Virus record (IMG/VR): IMGVR_UViG_3300010052_000153
Location: 1-64,000 of that record
Direction: 5' to 3' (one strand)
Source of the DNA: a virus
Lineage: Duplodnaviria; Caudoviricetes
DNA length: 64,000 bases
The position numbers and the translations under genes are program-made. Below are positions 17,801 through 27,445 of this stretch, piece by piece. The first letter of the stretch is position 1. Each line of letters opens with the position of its first letter. Under the pieces are notes generated by a model. That model was not told the origin of the DNA. It worked only from the letters and a program-made list of their open reading frames with translations, and made no database searches.

Positions 17801-17968
17801 CTATTCCGACTTAATGCCGATCAAGCCGCGCACGACCTCAAGTTCGGCCAGTGCAAATTCCGGCGTGTAACGATCGATGACGTTGCGGGGCGTGTGGGTT
17901 TCGCGCGCCAGGAAGACCGCGATCTGATGGAAGCTTATGCTTCGCCAGTCGCGGGCACGTCGTTTCCC
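17801..17968 (-). CDS. gpE'-like extension of tail assembly chaperone, made by -1 frameshift
   Basis: Slippery G GGA AAC at 17968-17962; -1 frame reads GKRRARDWRSISFHQIAVFLARETHTP... to TAG 17801, just before the tape measure start. Confidence 0.7.
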   Translation of the reverse strand, partial: GKRRARDWRSISFHQIAVFLARETHTPRNVIDRYTPEFALAELEVVRGLIGIKSE

Positions 17969-18204
17969 AACAGGGCAGCCGTGGCTTCGTTGATGCGAAG
18001 AAAGTCGCGGGGCGCGATCTTTTTGGCTTCGAGATAAGTGATGCCTGCCATGCTTGCCAAAGTCGCGAGGACGGTGGCTGTCTGGTTGCCATTGCCAACC
18101 GCTTCGCCGGCAATCAGGTCGCCCATTTCAGGATCGCGGAAGGTCAGGCTTTTGACTTCGCCGTCCTTCGTTTGAAGGGGACGAGAGAGGGGTACGTTGA
18201 TCAA
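17935..18204 (-). CDS. Tail assembly chaperone (gpE-like)
   Basis: L.RP......SLTFR.P...DL...E pattern, between tube and tape measure. Confidence 0.8.
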   Translation of the reverse strand: MINVPLSRPLQTKDGEVKSLTFRDPEMGDLIAGEAVGNGNQTATVLATLASMAGITYLEAKKIAPRDFLRINEATAALLGNDVPATGEA

Positions 18205-18250
18205 GGTCGGAAGTCCCGTGATTATCTATCGGAGGGCGCTTGCTCAGCGA

Positions 18251-18757
18251 CTACAGCAACAGTGCGTTGCGAACGCCCTGATACTGAGACGTGCCGTTGA
18301 TCTTGATGTCGAAGTCGTCCATCTCGACCAATTCGTTGCCGTCAATCTCAAGCTTGTAGTAGTGAACGGCGCACTGGTAATCGTTCTCACCGACTTCACC
18401 AGGCTTCCAGTTTCCGGGGTCGGCCTGCTTCAAGAAGCCGCGCACAGTCATGACCGCCGAGTGCTCTTCACCGTTCTCATCAACAAGCGCGCCGGTGATC
18501 AGGAACAGCTTCTCAACGCCGGGTGCGAGTCCGAAAAGCGTCACCACCTGCGGATCCATGCCCGGCATCTTGAAGCTGAATTCAAGCTTCTCGTAGCCGA
18601 GATTGACCTCGCGCGGCTTGATCATGCCGGCGTTTCGCATCTCCTCGACTTTGGTCTGAGGGACGGGCGGCGTGACATCGCCGATCTGGCCAAGTTTGCT
18701 TACGCGGTCGGCCCAAAGCATGCAGTTGCGCAGCAAAAAGCGCGGAAGATTCGACAT
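18251..18757 (-). CDS. Major tail tube protein (P2 FII-like)
   Basis: PP.....E.RNAGM..P....LG.EKLE; HYYKLEIDG..L.E.D. Confidence 0.9.
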   Translation of the reverse strand: MSNLPRFLLRNCMLWADRVSKLGQIGDVTPPVPQTKVEEMRNAGMIKPREVNLGYEKLEFSFKMPGMDPQVVTLFGLAPGVEKLFLITGALVDENGEEHSAVMTVRGFLKQADPGNWKPGEVGENDYQCAVHYYKLEIDGNELVEMDDFDIKINGTSQYQGVRNALLL

Positions 18758-18786
18758 AATGTCGTCCTAGATTTTGGGAAGTGGGT

Positions 18787-18807
18787 GGGGTCGCCGTTGG
18801 CGACCCC
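18787..18807 (-). other. Intergenic 9-bp stem-loop between sheath and tube genes
   Basis: ggggtcgcc-gtt-ggcgacccc; no U-tract, so more likely an mRNA stabiliser or processing site. Confidence 0.5.
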
Positions 18808-18815
18808 GTCGCGCT

Positions 18816-20489
18816 TTAGGCGGCGAGTGTCAGAGGACCGTTTTCGATCGCCCCGCGCACCTCATCCAACATGAGCTGGTAGTAGAGAATGTTCCGGTGC
18901 GCGGTCAGGTGGATCTGCTCCATGATACCGACCGGCTCGAACTCGACGTTCAGGAAGACCTTCCCGTCCGCATTCAGGATCGGGGTGTTCAGGTCGGACA
19001 GCCAGACTCTGCCACCAAGGATGTCGTCGTTGTTCTTGAAGACGCGAAGGGCGGCATTGCCGTCCTCGACTATCATCTTCAAATTGCCCTTGGTAAACTT
19101 GCGGTCGACGTAGACGAAATAGAGGTCCTCAAGGGCCTCGTTGATCATGTCCGCCGTGGCTCGAACGCTGTCGAACGACCAAATGAGGTCGTCCGTGGCT
19201 AGCCGCGAACCCCACGTACGGAAGCCGCCACGCTCATTGATGATCGTGTTGACGTGCCGTTCGTTGAGGTAATTGCTATCGACCGGATAGTGGATAGTGC
19301 GGGCTACGCCGTCGATCGTGCGAATGATCTTGTTCGAGACCGAACCCGAGACACCTTCACTGGACGCGACGACGCGCGCCCGCACACCCGCCCACACTGG
19401 TGCAGATGGTTTCTGCACCGGCACGTTGTTGACGTTTTTCAACGTCTTCGGATCGATAGGCAGGATACGGTTGCTGTTGATCGTGTTGCGCCAGCGCACC
19501 GCCTCTTCGTTCGAAGTGTTTGGACCCTCGACATAAGCTCGAGCGCGAACGCCCGGCGTGTGGACTACGGTCTGCAGCGCAGAGATGAACGCATTTGCAA
19601 CATCGCCGAGATTGGCCGTGGCTGACGCACCCGTTCCACCGCCACCGGTAAAGGCAACGGTCGGGATGGCATCAAAGCCCTTGCCCGCGTCCGTCACGTT
19701 CACAGCGATGACCGGACCGCCGAGAACAGCAGTCAGCACGGCAAGCGTGCCACCACCACCGGACAACGTCACGGTTGGTGCGCTGGTGTAACCAGAGCCG
19801 GGATTGGTGATCGTGATCGCATTGATGGCGCCACCGGATACGGCGCACGTCGCCGTCGCCTGTACGCCGTTCTCACCGCTAGGTGCCGAGATCGAAATGG
19901 TTGGCGCCGTCGCATAATCCTGACCAGCATTGGTGATGGTCAGCGACGCGACTTTGTGCTTGTTGATCACCGCAGTCGCGGCTGCGGTTTCCTCAGGCGT
20001 GCCCCCGGCAAACGAGACGGTAGGGGCGCTAGTGTAGTTGTTGCCACCGTTCGTCAGCGTGACAGAAACAACACCATCCTCGATGTAGGTTCCCGTGTTA
20101 CCTTCGGTGATGATGACGCGCGGCTTGATGCCAAGAAGACCCTTCACACGCAACAGCGCATAGACACCAGTGCGATCCGAAGCATCGCCGATCAGATTGT
20201 CTTGCTTCTCATTGGCGTTGGCGCCAGCCGCGACGCGATTGACGACAGCGTAAGTGCCACCCTCACCAAAATACGTCTCAAGGGACTCTTTCAGCCAGCC
20301 AGCGCCAAGTAGCGCCACCTGCGACAGTGACGTCACCAGTTTCGGGGTATCGATCGGATAGGAAGCAGGGTCTGCATCAGGCGCGGTCCCGTTCAAGAAC
20401 GTCACACCGAAATTAGACACACGGAGGATGGACGGCGTGTTGGCGCTCTCTTCGAGCTTTACGCCATGCCAGTAGGAAAGGTCGGCCAC
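18816..20489 (-). CDS. Tail sheath protein with repeat insertion
   Basis: YWHGV N-terminus; GFRTWGSR and C-terminal sheath motifs; AAGGAG RBS. Confidence 0.9.
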   Translation of the reverse strand: MADLSYWHGVKLEESANTPSILRVSNFGVTFLNGTAPDADPASYPIDTPKLVTSLSQVALLGAGWLKESLETYFGEGGTYAVVNRVAAGANANEKQDNLIGDASDRTGVYALLRVKGLLGIKPRVIITEGNTGTYIEDGVVSVTLTNGGNNYTSAPTVSFAGGTPEETAAATAVINKHKVASLTITNAGQDYATAPTISISAPSGENGVQATATCAVSGGAINAITITNPGSGYTSAPTVTLSGGGGTLAVLTAVLGGPVIAVNVTDAGKGFDAIPTVAFTGGGGTGASATANLGDVANAFISALQTVVHTPGVRARAYVEGPNTSNEEAVRWRNTINSNRILPIDPKTLKNVNNVPVQKPSAPVWAGVRARVVASSEGVSGSVSNKIIRTIDGVARTIHYPVDSNYLNERHVNTIINERGGFRTWGSRLATDDLIWSFDSVRATADMINEALEDLYFVYVDRKFTKGNLKMIVEDGNAALRVFKNNDDILGGRVWLSDLNTPILNADGKVFLNVEFEPVGIMEQIHLTAHRNILYYQLMLDEVRGAIENGPLTLAA

Positions 20490-20505
20490 GCGGGGCGCTC
20501 CTTGG

Positions 20506-20539
20506 AAAAGAAAAAGCCCGCCGGGTGAGGGCAGGCTTT
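20506..20539 (-). terminator. Probable terminator between fibre genes and sheath
   Basis: Imperfect aaagcc.gcc stem followed by TTTTTCTTTT on the minus strand. Confidence 0.55.
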
Positions 20540-20570
20540 GGGATGGACAGAAATTGGCGGCTTCGGCGGA

Positions 20571-21056
20571 CTAGGTCGGCCAGCCTTGGGTGATGTCGAT
20601 CGCGTCGAGGTCTTCTTCGTCTTCGGCAGCGAGCACGAGATCCTTCAGGTCTCGGCCCTGCTGCCGGATCTGCGCGTACCGGTCGCCAACCATCGCGGCC
20701 AAACCGAGCGCTTCCTGCGGGGTCGCCAGGGGGATGCGAACATTCTCCTTGGTGATCCAGCCTTGCTGGTAGCTCTCGGGCCAGGGGATGGCCGAGGACG
20801 CGGCGGCGAGAGCCGTCGTGCCCATAGCCGTCAGGTCAGCGCGTGAGCCGTCGTCGAGCGCGACGTGCAGAACGACCTCAGGCGCGACTTCGACAGGCGC
20901 GCCGGCGTCGAGTTCGACGGCCACGCGGTCATTAACGGCCGCGAGCTTGGCCGCCTGAAGTTCGCTGAAAGTCGGCGGTGGCAGCGTCGGAAACACGTCC
21001 TCGACCGGAAGCAGAATCTCGACGCCATCGCGGTAGACGCTGACTGTTTCCGTCAT
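20571..21056 (-). CDS. DUF4376-like tail fibre assembly protein
   Basis: LQAAKLAAVN.R, W...DN motif equivalent (WITKEN) and IDITQGWP end; ATGA-coupled. Confidence 0.7.
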   Translation of the reverse strand: MTETVSVYRDGVEILLPVEDVFPTLPPPTFSELQAAKLAAVNDRVAVELDAGAPVEVAPEVVLHVALDDGSRADLTAMGTTALAAASSAIPWPESYQQGWITKENVRIPLATPQEALGLAAMVGDRYAQIRQQGRDLKDLVLAAEDEEDLDAIDITQGWPT

Positions 21057-21694
21057 GCCGGCCTCCGCAGCGAGTAGAGTGTCGCGATGCACGACGCGAT
21101 ATTGCCGGCATTGAACTTGAGCCGAAGACCGTTGATCGCGGTCGTACCGGCCAAGCGTCCGGCGCCGGCAACACGAGCGATGTCACCGTTCGCGTTGACA
21201 TAGGTGCCGTCAAACAGACACTGGAAATGCTGGGTTGCAGACGGTCGGAACACTTTCACAAGGCCCGACCATCCGACTTCGTTGGCAGCATTGCCGATGC
21301 TGTTGCCGCCGGTGATGTCGATGAAGTTGCCCGCGCCTCCGAAAGATGGCGGAGGACTCGGCGGATTGGCTGAGCTCTGCGTGTAGCCGATTGACGTGTA
21401 TCCCGACGACAAAAACGTCGATCCGCCGTCCGTCGACACCACGAACTGCAGTCCAGAGCCATCAGACGACGGAATCGCGTTGTGGATCGCCAGCCAGAAT
21501 TCATCGGAGGACGAATTGACGCCCGACACAAAGTCGAGCGCCGCCACCGGCGAGCTTACGACCTGGCGCGAGACGACCACCAGGCCGATCTTCGCGTCGG
21601 TCGCAAGGCGGTCGGTTTCAAGCGCGGCATCAAGCAGCCGGTTGACGTGCTCTGGCCCCATGGAGCCGGCGCGGAGACGTGTCGCAATCGTCAT
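21053..21694 (-). CDS. Tail fibre-region protein
   Basis: 213 aa, beta-rich, coupled in fibre cluster. Confidence 0.65.
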   Translation of the reverse strand: MTIATRLRAGSMGPEHVNRLLDAALETDRLATDAKIGLVVVSRQVVSSPVAALDFVSGVNSSSDEFWLAIHNAIPSSDGSGLQFVVSTDGGSTFLSSGYTSIGYTQSSANPPSPPPSFGGAGNFIDITGGNSIGNAANEVGWSGLVKVFRPSATQHFQCLFDGTYVNANGDIARVAGAGRLAGTTAINGLRLKFNAGNIASCIATLYSLRRPA

Positions 21695-23502
21695 AGCGCG
21701 GACATCTCCTGCAGCTTGGAATTTGTGGCCAGGCCCGGCGAGTACGCGAAACGTCGGATCGTGCCGGAAAGCACATTGAGACCGGACTGAGTGGCGCCGA
21801 GGCGGAGCTGGTTCATCGCGCGTGAGGGATTGCCGCCGGTTGCAGTTACGGCCGCGCCACCGTTGAGAGACCCGGCAAGGTCACCGTCTTTCCAACGAAG
21901 CGCCACGTTGCATACGGCGAAGTCGCTGGCGACACCGAGGTTGATGCTCATGACAGCGACACCGCCGACATCGACCCTCGCCACGAGCGTCCTGTCCGAC
22001 GATTGGCGAAAAAGCACGACGCGATTGTTAGCCGAGCCGTCCGAAAAATAAGCCAACGCCTGATTGCTGTTCACTATCGGGCCGAACATCCCCCGCACAA
22101 ACACGGTGCCGGCCTCAGGCCGCACCTGCTGTGAGAAGTCCGTGCCGTTGATCAGCAGGACATCTGTCGCGCGCGATGCCGCGCTCCCGTTGGACCGCAT
22201 GTACGAGGACGCCGAGAGCTTCGCCGGCTCGACCTGAAGACCCCATACGTACGGCTGATTTCCGCCTACACCTTCAATGTCGAGTCGCGCCGTCGAATGG
22301 AAAAAGCCGGAGCCGACGGGGCGAGCCAGAAGCTGCGCACTGAAATGATACCATCCGTTGGGAAGCGCGGTGCGAACGACGTTCTTTAGGTACGTCTGAT
22401 CCGGGTTCGCGGCATCGAAATTGAAGTCGAAACTGCCGACGTCGAAGATGTTCCCGCCGTTGATCTCCTGCCACGGTTGCAGCCGGATGAAATTTTCCGA
22501 GCCCGTCCGTTTTGCGGCGAAGAACGATAGCGCAACCGAAGTCGCGCTCGCGCCATTGAACGTCATCACGGTCTCGCCAAGGGCGGGATAGTACGCACCC
22601 AAATCGCCACGCGGGTTGATTTTGGCGGCATCAAACACTGCGACTGCGGCGCTCCAGCCTTGGGCCGCCGTGATAGTTTCCGACTGAGTCAGCGCGTTGC
22701 TTGATGCTTCTTCAACCAGGGCGCCCCGCGCCACGCCATCGCGGTGCGCGATGCGCAAACCATAGCTGGTTGCGATCAAGCCTCTGGCGTCTTCGAACGC
22801 TCCGAGCGTACCGCCGCGCGCGAAACTGTTGTAAAGCAGCCCTTCCGGCGCTGATAAATCGAGATCGATCGTCGGAGTCAGGCCCGACTTCAGGATCGGG
22901 TCCAGCGCCAACGCCGAAGCGGCCGCGGCAGCCGCGCTGGCAGCCGCCGCATTTTTATCCGTTGCCACGGTGGCCTTGTCGGCCGCCACAGTAGCTTTGT
23001 CAGCAGCCACAAGGGCCTTGTCAGCAGCGACGGTTGCCTTGTCTGCGGCCACGGTGGCCTTATCGGCCGCCACAGTCGTCTTGTCGGCCGTGACGATCGC
23101 GCGGTCGGCAGCAGTCTGGCCAGCGGCCGTGACTGCTGCTGCGGCGTCAACTGTAACCTGCGCGCCGACTGAAACGACAGTGTCGCGAGCGGCGAGAACT
23201 GCATTGCGGATCGTTGCCAGGGGCGACAGCAGGTCGACCCATGCGCCCCATGAACCATCAGGGTTGCGTAGCCGGAAGAGCGTACCGTCCCATTCATGTT
23301 CGGGCACGTTGGCGCCGATCACGGCCTCGATGGCCGCCTGGCGGGCGATGATCGCCTGCTCGATCGCCTCGATTCGGTCCTCGACCGCGGTGTTGCGGCC
23401 TTCGGAATCCTGCACGCGCCGAAGTGCAAGCTGCACGGCGTCACGCGCCTGCTCGACCAAGGCGATCTGCGCCTCGGTCCACCAGATCTTGTCTTCGGCC
23501 AC
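21691..23502 (-). CDS. Fibre/spike protein: coiled coil plus LamG/ConA-like C-terminal domain
   Basis: ADKATVA heptads; GALVEEASSN, WGLQVE, SSY....S...RA.D and LRLGA...L.G.IRR motifs. Confidence 0.75.
   Translation of the reverse strand: MAEDKIWWTEAQIALVEQARDAVQLALRRVQDSEGRNTAVEDRIEAIEQAIIARQAAIEAVIGANVPEHEWDGTLFRLRNPDGSWGAWVDLLSPLATIRNAVLAARDTVVSVGAQVTVDAAAAVTAAGQTAADRAIVTADKTTVAADKATVAADKATVAADKALVAADKATVAADKATVATDKNAAAASAAAAAASALALDPILKSGLTPTIDLDLSAPEGLLYNSFARGGTLGAFEDARGLIATSYGLRIAHRDGVARGALVEEASSNALTQSETITAAQGWSAAVAVFDAAKINPRGDLGAYYPALGETVMTFNGASATSVALSFFAAKRTGSENFIRLQPWQEINGGNIFDVGSFDFNFDAANPDQTYLKNVVRTALPNGWYHFSAQLLARPVGSGFFHSTARLDIEGVGGNQPYVWGLQVEPAKLSASSYMRSNGSAASRATDVLLINGTDFSQQVRPEAGTVFVRGMFGPIVNSNQALAYFSDGSANNRVVLFRQSSDRTLVARVDVGGVAVMSINLGVASDFAVCNVALRWKDGDLAGSLNGGAAVTATGGNPSRAMNQLRLGATQSGLNVLSGTIRRFAYSPGLATNSKLQEMSAL
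22950..23110 (-). repeat. Tandem 21-bp/7-aa repeats (ADKATVA, about 7 copies)
   Basis: Visible in translation, with synonymous variation; boundaries approximate. Confidence 0.8.
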
Positions 23503-23517
23503 CGGGGTGTCCTTGCG

Positions 23518-24255
23518 TTAGTAGTAGAGGATGACGAGACCGCCGCCGCCTGGACCGTCGTTGTTCCAGCCGCCTCGGCCGCCGCCGCCAAACGTTGGCC
23601 CCGGCGTTCCGGTGTTGTGCGCGCCGCCTCCTATGCCGACGAAATCGGCGAAAAGCGTGCTGTCAATGAAGTCGTCGATATCCCAGAACTTCGGCATACG
23701 CCAAAGTATGCCGGTCCCGTCGACTATTCCGGGCGCGCCATCGCCCCAAGGCGAACCCGCCGATCCGCCGCACAACATCTGGGCGTTACTGACCGTGGAA
23801 AAACGGTCTCCGCCCTTGGTGTTGATGTCGCCGCCCGACCCTTGGCCGCCAACGGCGTTACCGCCGCCCGTCGCCTGCCAGGAAACGCTCCCGACACTCA
23901 TTGACGAAGTGCCGCCAGCACGATTGCTCGGGCTGGTGTTGGAGCGGGGGCCAGCGGCGCCGACAACCACCGATATCGTGCTGCCGCGCGGAATCCAAAG
24001 CTCCTTGCGAGAAAAGCCGCCGCCGGTGCCGCTGCCGTTAATGGCGGAAGCATCATTCGCGCTGGAACCGCCGCTACCCGCGCCAAGAACGTCACCGCGG
24101 ACCCGCACGAGCCCTCTGCGGTCCATCGGGATGTCTGTCGGGAGCGTGAAAGAAAAGCTGCCCGCGACAGGGAAAATCTTTCGACGCAGGAAGCCGTTTC
24201 CGCGACCGGCTGAGACGCCCTCGCCGTGCGCGATCAAATTGGGGTATCGGCTCAT
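23518..24255 (-). CDS. Glycine-rich tail fibre-region protein
   Basis: GAGSGG, GGGGFS.K, I.VVVGA.G and GGGG.VI motifs. Confidence 0.75.
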   Translation of the reverse strand: MSRYPNLIAHGEGVSAGRGNGFLRRKIFPVAGSFSFTLPTDIPMDRRGLVRVRGDVLGAGSGGSSANDASAINGSGTGGGFSRKELWIPRGSTISVVVGAAGPRSNTSPSNRAGGTSSMSVGSVSWQATGGGNAVGGQGSGGDINTKGGDRFSTVSNAQMLCGGSAGSPWGDGAPGIVDGTGILWRMPKFWDIDDFIDSTLFADFVGIGGGAHNTGTPGPTFGGGGRGGWNNDGPGGGGLVILYY

Positions 24256-24259
24256 GATT

Positions 24260-24586
24260 TTAGCTCACCAACGGGTAGTCGTATTCGCCCCAGGCGACGA
24301 CGTTGCAGTCCGCGCCTTCGACACGCGCGTAAGCCTTCTGGTTTGGGAGAAGAACAATCGGCCAATTCCGGATCGGCTCACCGGGCAAAAGGTAGGCGTC
24401 GTATTCGATGTAGTCTGCCGCGCTGGGGGTTGCCGAAGTGCCGATGAACAATCGGAGCTTCGTCGCGGCCACCCCCTTGTTGAGCACGTTGATGTGGCAA
24501 CGCAGGGCAAGTTCGGCAGTCGCTTCCGCCACGGCGGCGTAGGTGTTCGCCGCCAGCGCAGTGCGCTTGTTGTATGGGGTTCCCAT
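24260..24586 (-). CDS. Tail fibre-region hypothetical protein
   Basis: 108 aa beta-sandwich-like ORF in operon. Confidence 0.65.
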   Translation of the reverse strand: MGTPYNKRTALAANTYAAVAEATAELALRCHINVLNKGVAATKLRLFIGTSATPSAADYIEYDAYLLPGEPIRNWPIVLLPNQKAYARVEGADCNVVAWGEYDYPLVS

Positions 24587-24590
24587 CCGA

Positions 24591-25088
24591 TCACCAGTTC
24601 AGGTTGTACCAATTGACCATCTGACTGATGACGTTCTTGACGTAAGAGCGCGTCGCGTAGAGCACGCTGCCGCCGTCAATGATCGTCACCTCAGACGCGT
24701 TCGTGACCTCCATGATGAGTTTCATGGACAGGTCTTCCCCGAAGCCTTCGCCAGGCGTCGGCTTGTACTGCTCGGGGTATTTGCCGATTGCGAGCATCGT
24801 TCCGTCGTCAGCGTAGATGCCGACTTCGCGAATGGTGAACCCGCCCGCCTCCGCCGGCACGATCGTGTCGACGAAGATCCAATTGGCATGATCGGAGTGA
24901 ATGCCGGCATCCGTGACCGGATGACGGTTCAACTCGTTGTAGAGTTCGGTTTCGTCGCCCGTCGGCGCAATCTCAGCGCCGTTTCCGTCGCCTATCGCGA
25001 CCTCGGAGATCACGACCGGCGTCGAGTTGACCAACGCGTTCGCGAAGGCCGCCAGACCAGCGGCCGTCACCTTTACGTAAAAAGCCAT
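24591..25088 (-). CDS. Tail-collar fibre N-terminal domain protein (P2 gpH N-term/DUF3751-like), stand-alone
   Basis: T.AG.......GDGNG, GGFTIREVGIY and KYPEQYKP motifs. Confidence 0.85.
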   Translation of the reverse strand: MAFYVKVTAAGLAAFANALVNSTPVVISEVAIGDGNGAEIAPTGDETELYNELNRHPVTDAGIHSDHANWIFVDTIVPAEAGGFTIREVGIYADDGTMLAIGKYPEQYKPTPGEGFGEDLSMKLIMEVTNASEVTIIDGGSVLYATRSYVKNVISQMVNWYNLNW

Positions 25089-25091
25089 TGG

Positions 25092-25643
25092 CTACGCCGC
25101 CTCGGGGTAAAGCGTCACGGTTCGCGTACGGCGCGCGCCCCACGCCGCGATGAACGGGGCTGGCGACCGCTGAGTGACGGATGTTTCGATGGCGTCCAAC
25201 ATTGAGCGGACGTTTTTTGCGGAGTTGATGAGGCGCTTCAGCGCCCGCATCTCTTCCCTATTCAGGGTGCTATTGCCCTGCTTTACGATTTTGACCCGGA
25301 ACTTATACGGGTCACCGCCATACTGAAACCACTCGGTGATGTCGGTATCATAGTCGAGGTTTGCCAACGATCTTTTCAGGGCGTACGGAGTCCCCTTAGA
25401 ACGATGGTAATCGAAGGAACCGGCGATGACGGCGCGCTTGTTCGCCTCGGGCCAACTCTCCAAATACTCGTCTACTGATCGATCCCAAGCGAGCCACGGC
25501 AGCAGGTCAGCTGGCGACATGTTGGCCAACACCGACCGACGAATGACGTCCATATCGACGTCAAGAAGTCGCGATTGGGCGCCAGAAAGCGCCTTCATCA
25601 TACCCGTCGCGCTGGACGGGAGTAGATCGTCAGTATCCGCCAT
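25092..25643 (-). CDS. P2 gpI-like baseplate/tail protein
   Basis: LLP, LPWLAW..SVD..., H..KGT..AL, EWF..GG.PY.F and KN.RS motifs. Confidence 0.9.
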   Translation of the reverse strand: MADTDDLLPSSATGMMKALSGAQSRLLDVDMDVIRRSVLANMSPADLLPWLAWDRSVDEYLESWPEANKRAVIAGSFDYHRSKGTPYALKRSLANLDYDTDITEWFQYGGDPYKFRVKIVKQGNSTLNREEMRALKRLINSAKNVRSMLDAIETSVTQRSPAPFIAAWGARRTRTVTLYPEAA

Positions 25644-26605
25644 CAAGCTACCTCGGCCGTGACGGTGATCCCGGAGCACTTAGGCGCGGACCTAGCGCCT
25701 GTGACGACGTCAACCGCGGGTGACGTGATAATGACGTCGACCACCGGTGAGCGGCCCAGGTCATCGCTCACGTAGAGGGCGGCGGCCAATCGAGAGCGAC
25801 GGATAGATTCGCCAATCGCATACTGATCTTCGACGTATGCGTGGACGGCGGCTTCAGCAGCCTGACGCACGACCTCGGCGCTCGAGCCAGGACGCACTTT
25901 GATGGTCGCCACTACCTCGTATTCACTGATCGTGGCACTCTCCACAATCACGCTATCGGTAAGCGGACGACGGATATCGGCACTTAGATACTCGGAGGCG
26001 ACTTCCAACAATTCGGGGGACGCCGTACCGCCTTCCTCGCGCGACAAGATTGTGACGCGAACCTCACCGGGATCCACATCCTCACCGCTCTCAGGGCCGA
26101 ATATCGCAGCATCCAACACGTCTTCGTGCGCGGTCAGCGCGTGATATAGGTAGGCGCCAGCAGGGCCGGCCGTTGACAGCGCCTCCCAGGCCAACTGTGC
26201 TCTAACCCGGAATTCGTCGTCGGACTCATAAACCGGTGCAATTGGCGGTGTTGTGTTGGGGTCGCCGACGTCAAGCAGTTTGCGAGCAACACCAAGCTCT
26301 GCCGCCTTGTTGTCGAGGTCCGTGCCCGTCGCGTATGCAAGAGTTGCCGCTTTGTACTTGTCATTGCCGACCTGCCGCACGATCATTTCGCGGTAGGCGC
26401 AGACCTGAAACACGATATTTATGACATCGGTTTCGAGGTCCAACGTGTTGATGATTGGGAGCGACGGCTGACGCACGCGCAAAGCGTTGTAGATTTCCAG
26501 AAAGGCCGCCTTACTTTCCGATAGGATCCGTTCGAACTCGACCTTCTCGATCGCGTTTGGCGCGGGAAGCAGGCTCAAGTTTATTGCGGAGAAGCGCGTC
26601 GACAT
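25643..26605 (-). CDS. Baseplate J-like wedge protein
   Basis: ATGTDLD, E.DDEFR.R, STAGP..AY and RPLTD motifs. Confidence 0.9.
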   Translation of the reverse strand: MSTRFSAINLSLLPAPNAIEKVEFERILSESKAAFLEIYNALRVRQPSLPIINTLDLETDVINIVFQVCAYREMIVRQVGNDKYKAATLAYATGTDLDNKAAELGVARKLLDVGDPNTTPPIAPVYESDDEFRVRAQLAWEALSTAGPAGAYLYHALTAHEDVLDAAIFGPESGEDVDPGEVRVTILSREEGGTASPELLEVASEYLSADIRRPLTDSVIVESATISEYEVVATIKVRPGSSAEVVRQAAEAAVHAYVEDQYAIGESIRRSRLAAALYVSDDLGRSPVVDVIITSPAVDVVTGARSAPKCSGITVTAEVA

Positions 26606-26985
26606 CAGAGTGTTGCTCCCACAACGACGCGCAGGGATGCATCCTCGGCGACCGAGTAGTCGCCAAGGTGGCCGCGCGGAAAATAGAGGCCGAAAATCTC
26701 GATGGCCGTGACGCCAGTCGGCTCAAGCTTGGTGACCGAACCGCGCGCCATGCGAAAGCGCGGCTCCCATCGATGGATCGCTTCAGCCGCTGCAACGTAA
26801 ATCAGAAGCACATTTCGCGGAGTCATCTTGCGGTCGACAATGTTCGGAATGTCCGAACCAAAATCGCGCCGCATGACGCGCGTGCCCTTGCGGGTGGTCA
26901 GAATGATTGTCAGGGATTGGGCAACGTGGTCCCAATCGGAAAGGGTGCCGATCTTCTCGGCGCCCATGCCCGTCGAGTCTGCCAA
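26605..26985 (-). CDS. Baseplate gpW/gp25-like protein
   Basis: ILTT.KG.RVMRRDFGS and WEPR; start TTG 26985 behind AGGAG. Confidence 0.85.
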   Translation of the reverse strand: MADSTGMGAEKIGTLSDWDHVAQSLTIILTTRKGTRVMRRDFGSDIPNIVDRKMTPRNVLLIYVAAAEAIHRWEPRFRMARGSVTKLEPTGVTAIEIFGLYFPRGHLGDYSVAEDASLRVVVGATL

Positions 26986-27007
26986 AAATTGGACTCCTGG
27001 AAGGAGA

Positions 27008-27442
27008 TTAAGGAGTCGCGCCGGGAAACATCGTCTGCCAAATCGCGAAGTAATGGTTCTTCGCGTCGGCGCCATCGACTGAATAGCGTGTGCCGCCGGT
27101 GTCGGGATGCTCGGGCGGTGCGATCAAATAGCCGGTTGCGTATTTGGGGTAGTAGGCAGTCCACTCAAGCGGAGTGAATGTGTAACCGCTACCGCCGGCG
27201 TCGATACGCGTGACGCTGTCTGCGTGAATCTCCACGCGGGTTCCGCCATCTAACCGCACCAACGGCGCCGTCGTCGTGACGCTGTTCGCTTCGATACGAA
27301 CGCGGTCACCGCCATTGTCAATGACGATGCCGGTTACGCCCGAGTCCGCCTTGATGACGAAGTCATCGCCTTCGAATTCCATGCGCACAACCCGGCCCGC
27401 GCCATCATCCAGAAGGATGGCGTTGCCTGTTAAAGTGGCCAT
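27008..27442 (-). CDS. Baseplate-region hypothetical protein (spike-associated)
   Basis: 144 aa beta-repeat-like ORF after gpV. Confidence 0.6.
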   Translation of the reverse strand: MATLTGNAILLDDGAGRVVRMEFEGDDFVIKADSGVTGIVIDNGGDRVRIEANSVTTTAPLVRLDGGTRVEIHADSVTRIDAGGSGYTFTPLEWTAYYPKYATGYLIAPPEHPDTGGTRYSVDGADAKNHYFAIWQTMFPGATP

Positions 27443-27445
27443 AGA

